DNA of 64,000 nucleotides, taken from IMG/VR virus record IMGVR_UViG_3300032046_000022, positions 3,261 through 67,260 of that record; one strand, written 5' to 3'. The DNA is from a virus. The notes under the pieces were generated by a model. The model searched no databases. It saw only the letters and a program-made list of their open reading frames with translations, and had not been told where the DNA came from. The stretch's first letter is position 1; each line of letters begins with the position of its first letter. The translations under genes and the position numbers were made by a program. Of this stretch, positions 56,746-64,000 are shown one piece after another.

Positions 56746-57711
56746 ATGGCAGGAACAAAAACAGATTTCGTCATTTACGAAGAGCAGTTCTTCGGCGGAA
56801 TGACGGAGACTCTTCTGCAGAATTCCGACGCCTTCAACGGTGCCTCCCAGAACGCTATTCGTTTAGTGCCACGGAGGCTTAAGGGCGATTATGAACAGGA
56901 ATCCTTCATGAAGGAAGTTTCCGGAATTGTTTCGCGGCGCGACATCACGAGCGTTGCGGACGCGTCGGATCTCAAATTGGAACAGGACGAGCTGGTCGGC
57001 GTGAAACTCAATCGCAAGATTGGGCCGGTTACGCAGTCGAGAGACGCTTTCAGAAAGATCGCGCAAGATCCGGCAACTTTCTCTTTCATCCTGGGCCAGC
57101 AGTGGGGGCAAGCGGTCATGGTCGACTACGTCGATTCTGCCGTTCGTTCTGCAGTGGCGGCGTTGGGGGGACAGCTCAGTCTTCGCACATTGGACGGTGG
57201 GAACACGCTCACCCATACAATTCTTGCGACCGGCTTGTCCAAATTCGGGGACGCCCAGAAGAATGTCATTTGCTGGGTGATGCACTCGAAACAGTGGTTC
57301 GATTTGGTCAAGGTCTCGATTAGCGACAAGATCACCAACATCGCAGATGTGACGATCGTACAGGGAACGGCGGCAACGCTGGGCCGGCCAACGATTGTGA
57401 CCGATAGCGCGGCGCTGGTGGTCAGTGGCTCTGTCGATCAATATCTTACGCTTGGTCTTGTTGCGGACGGTGTTGTCATTGACGAGTCCGAAGAGCGGGA
57501 CATCGTGTCTGATGTGATCACCGGTAAGGAAAACATTCTGATCCGACTTCAGGGCGAGTATGCCTTCAATCTGCGGGTGAAGGGATTCGCTTGGAACATG
57601 CTTTCTGGTGGCGTGAATCCGTCAGATGCGGCAGTCGGAACGGACACCAATTGGTTAAAGAGAGTTGGCGACAAGAAAGCCTGTGCCGGCGTTATGATCT
57701 TGACCAAGTAG
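56746..57711 (+). CDS. Major capsid protein
   Basis: 321 aa after the scaffold; FNGASQNAI, WVMHSK, QGEY...VKGFAW. Confidence 0.85.
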   Translation: MAGTKTDFVIYEEQFFGGMTETLLQNSDAFNGASQNAIRLVPRRLKGDYEQESFMKEVSGIVSRRDITSVADASDLKLEQDELVGVKLNRKIGPVTQSRDAFRKIAQDPATFSFILGQQWGQAVMVDYVDSAVRSAVAALGGQLSLRTLDGGNTLTHTILATGLSKFGDAQKNVICWVMHSKQWFDLVKVSISDKITNIADVTIVQGTAATLGRPTIVTDSAALVVSGSVDQYLTLGLVADGVVIDESEERDIVSDVITGKENILIRLQGEYAFNLRVKGFAWNMLSGGVNPSDAAVGTDTNWLKRVGDKKACAGVMILTK

Positions 57712-57785
57712 GCTGGTGGATTTCCGGTGACTCCTCGAACATTTCTTGTTTGTAGTGTGCTGTTCTAGGTGTAGCAGCCTCGGGG

Positions 57786-57826
57786 AAGGGACGCCGGAAG
57801 AGATTTCTGGTGTCCCTTTTTCTTTG
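57786..57826 (+). terminator. Terminator after the capsid gene
   Basis: AAGGGACGCCGGAA/TTCTGGTGTCCCTT plus T run. Confidence 0.75.
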
Positions 57827-57842
57827 CTGGAGGCAAAGAAAC

Positions 57843-58265
57843 ATGAGCGTTCTAAAGGTGTTGGTGTATTCTCCAAATTTTCATCCCGAGTTGCGGGCAC
57901 GCATGAAGACGTTTGCAATTTCGAAGTATCCAAACGCGAACATGGTAATCGAGCGCGTGGACAATTTTATTAACGGAAGCGATCTTGAGCAGGCTGATGC
58001 GATTATTATTCTTCTTGGCAAAACAGAACAGATCGGAACTCCGTATGCAGAGAAAGGCGTGCTGGTGAGTGTGTTTGATCCAGAATTCGAGGCTGTCAGC
58101 ACGCCACCGGAGCCGCCGAAGATCACAATAGAAGAAGTGTCAGCGCCAGGAAGAACCATAGATGGATCGCCGCTGTTCATCAGCCCGATGCCGGAGATTC
58201 CGGTGATACAAGTGGCGCAAGAAGGTGTAGCTGAGCCGGTGCGCGGGCGGAGGAGGCCGAGATAG
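57843..58265 (+). CDS. Hypothetical head-associated protein
   Basis: GGAGG RBS, position. Confidence 0.5.
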   Translation: MSVLKVLVYSPNFHPELRARMKTFAISKYPNANMVIERVDNFINGSDLEQADAIIILLGKTEQIGTPYAEKGVLVSVFDPEFEAVSTPPEPPKITIEEVSAPGRTIDGSPLFISPMPEIPVIQVAQEGVAEPVRGRRRPR

Positions 58266-58787
58266 ATGGCTGTTACGATTGTTGCAACTCCAGGTGCGGA
58301 CGATGCCAATTCGTATATCGACACTGATGCCGCTGAAGATTATTTCGATCTTCGTGCGCCGACGGCTCCTAATTGGCTCGCTGAGACTGAAGAAGACGAC
58401 AAGGCGCGGGCGTTAATTACAGCGACACGGCTGCTGGATCAGATGGTGGATTGGGATGGTGATGTGGCCAGCGAAACGCAAGCGCTCTCGTGGCCGCGTT
58501 ATGGTTTGGTGGATGCGAACGGTATTGAAATCGCCGGCGACGAATTGCCTGATGAGCTGAAATGGGCAATTTGTGAATTTGCCGAAACACTTTTGGTCTC
58601 TGATAGGACCGCCGATCTTGCGACTCAGGGGATTTCGGCGCTCAGCGTTGGCTCTGTGAGCATAGATTTCATGTCAGGTCAACCGCCGGTGCGCGCTGTT
58701 CTGCCGGACATCGTTTGGGATTATGTGAGTCGATGGGGAACGCGGCGCGATATCTCGAGCGGCTCCGCTACCATCGTGAGAGCGTGA
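58266..58787 (+). CDS. Head-tail adaptor (DnaT-like family)
   Basis: ANSY, ALITATR, QALSWPR, VGSVSI. Confidence 0.8.
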   Translation: MAVTIVATPGADDANSYIDTDAAEDYFDLRAPTAPNWLAETEEDDKARALITATRLLDQMVDWDGDVASETQALSWPRYGLVDANGIEIAGDELPDELKWAICEFAETLLVSDRTADLATQGISALSVGSVSIDFMSGQPPVRAVLPDIVWDYVSRWGTRRDISSGSATIVRA

Positions 58788-58788
58788 T

Positions 58789-59157
58789 ATGGGTGGATTA
58801 TCTCAGCTCGTAACAAATGCTGTGGCGACGGCGAAAGGAATCACGTCCGATCTCCAGGTTGTCGTGCAATATGAGAAATTTATTGGCGACGAGAAAGAGC
58901 ACGAAGGAATAATCGGTCGACGGCTATATGATGATTCAGTGTCATATAAAGCGGTGATGGAAAGTCGCACAAGATTTGTTTCCATCGATGACGGCGTGCA
59001 AGGTGTGAATATTTCATCGCTCCAATTCCTTGATCCGCTTGCCATCTCAGTGCGCGATCGCATCACGCTTCCGGACGGCAGCAGGCCACAGATTATTTCA
59101 GTTGAAGGCGCAGTCGGCCCGAACGGTGTATATTTCGCGCCAAAGGTTTTGTTCTAA
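58789..59157 (+). CDS. Head closure protein
   Basis: Size, position, DRITLPDG. Confidence 0.6.
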   Translation: MGGLSQLVTNAVATAKGITSDLQVVVQYEKFIGDEKEHEGIIGRRLYDDSVSYKAVMESRTRFVSIDDGVQGVNISSLQFLDPLAISVRDRITLPDGSRPQIISVEGAVGPNGVYFAPKVLF

Positions 59158-59705
59158 TGTCCACGGTCCGAGAAGCGATGACCAAGGGATTCGAACAATG
59201 GTTTACCGAGAGCATGAATTATACCATTGGAGTGATAAAAGGGAATTGGCTCACAGGTCCGCGCCCGGAGCGGCTTGGAGTCGTCAAAGGAAACCTGCGC
59301 AGTCGCATCGTCGGCAAAACAGTGGCCGACGGTTTTGTGGTTGGAACGAGAGTTGTGTATGGAATCGCGTGGGAGAAGGGAATAAAAGCGCACACAATTC
59401 GTGCCAAGGGAGCGAAGGCGCTCATGATCCCGCTCGGCTCGCACCTATCGAGAGCTGGTCGCTGGACGGGAAAATTAAAAAGGGCCACTGGCTTAACAAA
59501 GATAAAAGGCGGCGGGAAGCTGCGATCAAATCTCGGCAACCTTGCGATCTTTCGCAAATCTGTTCACATACCAAAGCAAGCGCCGAGAAAGTTCTTAGAG
59601 CCAGGAGCCCGCGAAGCGCTTCCTAGTGTGTACAAGATTGGCAATAGAATTTTCGGCGACGCATTCATCAGCGCGTGTTTCAAGAACAAGACTGTGGGAA
59701 AGTGA
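59157..59705 (+). CDS. Neck protein (HK97 gp10-like)
   Basis: GNLRSRI, VYG...E.G, PRKFLEP. Confidence 0.65.
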   Translation: MSTVREAMTKGFEQWFTESMNYTIGVIKGNWLTGPRPERLGVVKGNLRSRIVGKTVADGFVVGTRVVYGIAWEKGIKAHTIRAKGAKALMIPLGSHLSRAGRWTGKLKRATGLTKIKGGGKLRSNLGNLAIFRKSVHIPKQAPRKFLEPGAREALPSVYKIGNRIFGDAFISACFKNKTVGK

Positions 59706-59706
59706 C

Positions 59707-60144
59707 ATGAATCTCGAGGGCGCTTTTGATATTTTGCGGACAGAATTAAATTCACGGCTGGTGCCGTATGATTTTCCGAATATGGTTTCCACCACACCAA
59801 AGCATCCAGATCATGTTGAGTCAGATGATGAGTTTCCATATATCTGTATGGAATACTCTGGCGAGACGCCGGAGTATGAAGGATCGGATTTTAGGTGGAT
59901 ACAACCCAGCAGAGAGATGGCAGAGATTAGAGTGTTCTTGGCGTTGGGCGAAGCTGCTACGAGCGCGCTCTCAGTCGAGCTGCTGAAACTCGTACAGAAA
60001 GTTAGAGACACGATTGTGGCGATCACATCTAATACGGCAAACAGTTTTCGCATCCGAGTCAATGGTGTCGAAACGCAATATGAACCATCAGGAAGATGGG
60101 CGCTCGCGGTGATCACTGTGGTCATTGGAGCATATGGCAATTAA
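59707..60144 (+). CDS. Tail terminator-like protein
   Basis: FPYI motif, just before the tail tube gene. Confidence 0.55.
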   Translation: MNLEGAFDILRTELNSRLVPYDFPNMVSTTPKHPDHVESDDEFPYICMEYSGETPEYEGSDFRWIQPSREMAEIRVFLALGEAATSALSVELLKLVQKVRDTIVAITSNTANSFRIRVNGVETQYEPSGRWALAVITVVIGAYGN

Positions 60145-60184
60145 ACCGGCTGGGTGATCCAGCTAAGCAAACGGAGAAAGTGGC

Positions 60185-61225
60185 ATGAGAGGAATTGATT
60201 TACAGATGGCGTTCAGCCTGAATAAGCAGAGCGCGATCGGCACAGCGGTGGATGTCTCTGACGTCGACCGAATGTTGCCATATCGCACTTTCGCTCCGGC
60301 CACCCAGGATTTTCCTGATGCACTCAGCGACAAAGACTGGTATGGCAAGGGCAATTCGTTCGCGTCGTTTTGGGATCCAATCACCAAGCGTGTGACTCTG
60401 GCCAGCCGCGAATATTCTCTTTCGCATCTGTCAGCGCTTTTTGCGCCGGCCATGGTCATGGGAGCCTTGGAGACAACCAATCCCAACTCGGCCCAAGGGA
60501 CTGTGTTTGCCCACAAGTTTACTTTCCAAGATCCGAAGACGAGTCCGGAGCCGATATATACCACCGTGATAGAGAAGATGGGCGGGATATATCAGCGCGC
60601 GATCAGCGGCGTGGTTGTTGAGCAGTTTACATTCAACGGCGTTCGTACCGATCACGTCACGGTTGCGTGGCAGGGATGGGGCCGGAAGATGGAGACTGAT
60701 GCAACTTCGTTGCCGGCGCTTTCCGCTCAGTCGTTCTTCAAAACCATCCTCGGCACATTCAAGTTTAGCGCGGCTCCGGCTACGACAAACATCTCGACGA
60801 AGATCATCAGCTGGAATTTGACGCTGAACCAGAACGCGACACCGTGGTATATGCCAGGATCCGCACCTGGTGAGGAGTCGCTTGTTACTCGTGGACTGAT
60901 CGGCAAGCAGGGTGCCTCCGGTCAGATCGTGGTTCTGCTTGGTGATGCCGTTCAGAAGGCGCTGTTTGAAGCAAACACCGAGTGCGCGCTTCAGATTGTG
61001 CTCAGAGGAGATCAGATTGGGACCACTGGGATGTATTACCAAGTCACGATCGAAATCCCCCATCTCAAGATTCCTACTGAGGCGTTCGGCGAAGAGCAGG
61101 ATCAGGTCACATACACCATTCCATTTACAGAGCAGTCGATTCTGTATGGTGGTGTGGACGACTATGTCTCTGTCACCGTTCAGACGGACGAGGACGATTC
61201 GGCGTTGCTTGAGGTTTCTCCATAA
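60185..61225 (+). CDS. Major tail tube protein
   Basis: 346 aa, beta-rich, precedes the chaperones and tape measure. Confidence 0.72.
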   Translation: MRGIDLQMAFSLNKQSAIGTAVDVSDVDRMLPYRTFAPATQDFPDALSDKDWYGKGNSFASFWDPITKRVTLASREYSLSHLSALFAPAMVMGALETTNPNSAQGTVFAHKFTFQDPKTSPEPIYTTVIEKMGGIYQRAISGVVVEQFTFNGVRTDHVTVAWQGWGRKMETDATSLPALSAQSFFKTILGTFKFSAAPATTNISTKIISWNLTLNQNATPWYMPGSAPGEESLVTRGLIGKQGASGQIVVLLGDAVQKALFEANTECALQIVLRGDQIGTTGMYYQVTIEIPHLKIPTEAFGEEQDQVTYTIPFTEQSILYGGVDDYVSVTVQTDEDDSALLEVSP

Positions 61226-61249
61226 AGAAGTGGGCATCTCGTTGCGCTC

Positions 61250-61891
61250 ATGATGATCGGAGTGGCAAGGCCGACACGAGGATTGGAGTTTTCGGAATCG
61301 TCCCAGTCGATTGATCGGAATCTTTATGGGTTTTCACACGCCATAGAGCGGACTTGGGATAGGGCTATTCCAGACTCTTTCAACTACTTGGTCGCTTTGC
61401 TGCTCCGATTATATTCGCCAGATTTCATTTGGATTGTCGAGGAGGATGTCGTGGTTCCTCAAGGTGGTTTTGCGGCTTTACTTGAGGCGGACTCTGATAT
61501 TGCTGCGCTCGATTATCCTCTGAAAAGGCAAGCCGGCGTGTCGTCTAGCAAGCGCGATAAGAGCGGGAATATCATTTGGCTCTCGACCGGCTGTATGCTT
61601 ATAAGGCGGAGAGTTTTTGATTCATTAGAGCCTCCATGGTTTCGGAGCGGTTATACGACCGGCTCTGTACATGAAGGGAGTTCATGTAAAGCAAAAAGAT
61701 TGGTGCTGCTTGAAACAGATTTTCCGTATGGCGGACAAGATGTCTATTTTAGTTGGATGGCTAGGGAAGCCGGTTTCAAGCTGGTGGCGGTCGACAAAGT
61801 GGTGGCTGGACATTTGAATTTGGAGGCGCTGGGCGCTTCTGATGCGAATGCCGGATGCCACAAAATAACAATAGTGAAACCAAGGAGTTAA
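61250..61891 (+). CDS. Glycosyltransferase-like paralog of 50228-50878
   Basis: WIVEED, GCMLI...VF...PWF, GGQDVYF, GHL.LE.LG...GCHKI. Confidence 0.7.
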   Translation: MMIGVARPTRGLEFSESSQSIDRNLYGFSHAIERTWDRAIPDSFNYLVALLLRLYSPDFIWIVEEDVVVPQGGFAALLEADSDIAALDYPLKRQAGVSSSKRDKSGNIIWLSTGCMLIRRRVFDSLEPPWFRSGYTTGSVHEGSSCKAKRLVLLETDFPYGGQDVYFSWMAREAGFKLVAVDKVVAGHLNLEALGASDANAGCHKITIVKPRS

Positions 61892-61895
61892 TAAG

Positions 61896-62660
61896 ATGGA
61901 ATCGCAATTCAAATACGAGCTGACTGCAGAGCAGCTTGGATTTCTGTTTAGGATTCGACACGACTCGGGAAAGCCGTTCGATGTTCACGTCACGATGAAG
62001 CCATATGGCAATCGTGAGATGATTCAACTGCTGAAAGAGCGCGCCGGTCATATGCAGCAGGCGAAGGATGATTATGATGCGTGGGATGTGAAGGAAGGAA
62101 ACACGCTCATCGGTCGCGAATTTTTCGACAAGCATGCAATAAAAGTCAAGTTGAACGGGGTGACGCTGAGCGATCCGCAGTTTGAAAAGCTGGATGCGCG
62201 TTGGAACGTCCGCGAAGTTACCATCGAGCAGGGATACAACGGGATATATCGCGCCACGACGGAGCCGGAAGATGAATTCCGTGTTGTTGATGTGGAAGAG
62301 ATCTTGGGCGATGCTGCGATCCGCACTAAGTTTATGATGACGGACGCTGAAGAAAAAGAGCATGTCATTCTGATCAATCATCTTTTTGATTATCCGAATG
62401 CTATGGATTCGCTTAGCTGGGATCGGGCGCAGATTCAGCAGGGACTCCGGCAGGGCGGTTGGCGCGTGCAGTATAATCACGAGTCTTTGAATTCCCTTTA
62501 CGGTAAGAAAATTCAGTCGCTCGAGGGCGTGACGCTCGACGGGCAACCGTGTGCGAAAGAGAACAAGGACGAGTGGGTGGATGCGGTCCCGTATTTGATG
62601 AAGCGGGCGGCACTCAACTTTTTGTTCTCTCGAGCTGAGAGAGCAACAAGGGGAAACTGA
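61896..62660 (+). CDS. Tail assembly chaperone (gpG-like)
   Basis: Ends in slippery G GGA AAC TGA; position. Confidence 0.7.
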   Translation: MESQFKYELTAEQLGFLFRIRHDSGKPFDVHVTMKPYGNREMIQLLKERAGHMQQAKDDYDAWDVKEGNTLIGREFFDKHAIKVKLNGVTLSDPQFEKLDARWNVREVTIEQGYNGIYRATTEPEDEFRVVDVEEILGDAAIRTKFMMTDAEEKEHVILINHLFDYPNAMDSLSWDRAQIQQGLRQGGWRVQYNHESLNSLYGKKIQSLEGVTLDGQPCAKENKDEWVDAVPYLMKRAALNFLFSRAERATRGN

Positions 62661-63067
62661 TCACCCTGGAGGGGTTCAGATCCGCGCTCCAGGTACACGT
62701 GGCAGGTGGTTTTGCGGGATGCGAACACGAGCCGAGTTGGCAGAGACTGTACTCTGTAATTGCGAGACCGGAAGACTCGCAAGAGCGGAAGGCACAGGCG
62801 ATGGTCGCAATCAGAGAATTGAAGCCGAAATGTCAAAAGTTGCTGATGAATCCAACCGCATGCCACGGCTGCGAGCACAGTCCGATAAAAGATTCTTCGG
62901 ACGAGAGTCGAAATTTGTTTCAAATATATTCTGGCTTATTAAGCACTACGGCGCGGATGGTCGATGCAGCAAAGTTTGGATGGCTCAAGAGCGACGAAAT
63001 AACGGCGCTCGAATTCTCTCTGATGCGGCTATACGAAGCTGCGCTCCAATCACGGAGGAGCATCTGA
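62657..63067 (+). CDS. -1 frameshift extension of the tail chaperone (gpT-like)
   Basis: -1 frame is open from the slippery site to 63067. Confidence 0.65.
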   Translation: MITLEGFRSALQVHVAGGFAGCEHEPSWQRLYSVIARPEDSQERKAQAMVAIRELKPKCQKLLMNPTACHGCEHSPIKDSSDESRNLFQIYSGLLSTTARMVDAAKFGWLKSDEITALEFSLMRLYEAALQSRRSI

Positions 63068-63068
63068 T

Positions 63069-64000
63069 ATGCCGGAATTATTTTTCAAGGTTTCTGTTGT
63101 AGGTGGCAAGGCAGCAATCACAGAACTGAATTCTCTCGACTCCGCGTATAGCAAGGTCGGCACATCCAGTACGAAGAGTTTTCAGACCGCAGAAAAAGCC
63201 GCGAGCACGTTTGGCAATAGTCTCAATTCGATCAGAAATATCGCGGTCGGCATGGCGGCGTCTATGGGCGCGATGGGCATTGCCGAGCAGATGCGTGAAT
63301 GGGTTGCGGCCGGTATAGAGACTGAGAAGCAATGGGCCAATGTCACCACGCTGATCGATGAGTCCGTCCAATACACAGACGCGCTATATGCCAGTTTGAA
63401 GAGATTAGGTCCGACGCTTGGCACGACCGCAGAGCTGGCCAAGGGCATGTATCTCGCGCTCTCTGCGAATATCCCAGCAGAAAAATCTGTTAAATTTATG
63501 GAAACGGCGGCTAAGTTTGCCAAAGCCGCTGTGACGGATACATTTACTTCTGTCGACTTGCTTACTACGGTCTTGAATGCCTACGGAATGCAGGTGGAGG
63601 AGGCTGTCAACGTTTCGGACAAATTATTCCAGATGGTGAGAAAAGGGAAGACGACCGGAGACATGCTGGCGAATTCCCTTGGTGTAGTTATCCCGACGGC
63701 TGCGGCTCTCAAAGTTGACTTGAATGAATTGGGTGCGGCGTTTGCTACCATGACGCAATCTGGTATAAATGCGCACATGACCACGACGTCTTTGAATCAG
63801 GCGATGATTTCGTTTCTGAACCCAACCAAACAAGCAAAAGAAAAAGCAAAAGAGCTGGGAGTTGAACTCTCTGCCGCACATCTGAAGACCGTTGGACTGG
63901 CGCAGGCGCTGGGCGAGCTGGCGCGAGCATCTAAGAAGGACGACGAAGCGATCTCGATATTCTTTGGAAACATCAGAGCATTAAGAGCGGCTATGGCGCT
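63069..64000 (+). CDS. Tail tape measure protein (TP901 type), runs off the window
   Basis: MPELFFKV...ELAKGMYLALSA...LNAYG...GKTT...ELGAAFATMT; Ala-rich, no stop seen. Confidence 0.88.
   Translation, partial: MPELFFKVSVVGGKAAITELNSLDSAYSKVGTSSTKSFQTAEKAASTFGNSLNSIRNIAVGMAASMGAMGIAEQMREWVAAGIETEKQWANVTTLIDESVQYTDALYASLKRLGPTLGTTAELAKGMYLALSANIPAEKSVKFMETAAKFAKAAVTDTFTSVDLLTTVLNAYGMQVEEAVNVSDKLFQMVRKGKTTGDMLANSLGVVIPTAAALKVDLNELGAAFATMTQSGINAHMTTTSLNQAMISFLNPTKQAKEKAKELGVELSAAHLKTVGLAQALGELARASKKDDEAISIFFGNIRALRAAMA

Overview
The whole window is part of a tailed dsDNA phage genome (siphovirus-like), with essentially all genes on the + strand. Gene order: tail/fibre genes (68-5594); lysis cassette with amidase, probable holin and spanins (5591-7869); an FN3/dockerin/cohesin-like trio (7826-8930); helicase and primase region (9417-15647); an accessory block (15890-22913); SNF2 helicase and a sigma-like factor; a nucleotide-metabolism/possible DNA-modification cluster (FAD oxidoreductase, ThyX, HAD-DUF3310, two SDRs); DnaE polymerase fused to a family-4 UDG; recombination genes (UvsY-like, SSB, RecA, resolvase, SbcDC); terminases, portal and a MuF-metallopeptidase fusion; a 9-gene glycosyl/methyltransferase island; scaffold, capsid, neck, tail tube, frameshifted chaperones and the start of the tape measure. 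The standout is 11 circularly permuted twister-type self-cleaving ribozymes (16457-22197). Most sit between a stop codon and the next ribosome-binding site, so the accessory operon would be cut into single-gene RNAs. A roughly 600-nt ORF-less, hairpin-rich candidate ncRNA precedes the array. A separate tandem array of three structured RNA units (11472-11826) and several other multibranch elements point to an unusually RNA-rich phage. All calls come from visual motif recognition and manual base pairing; no database searches or folding programs were run.
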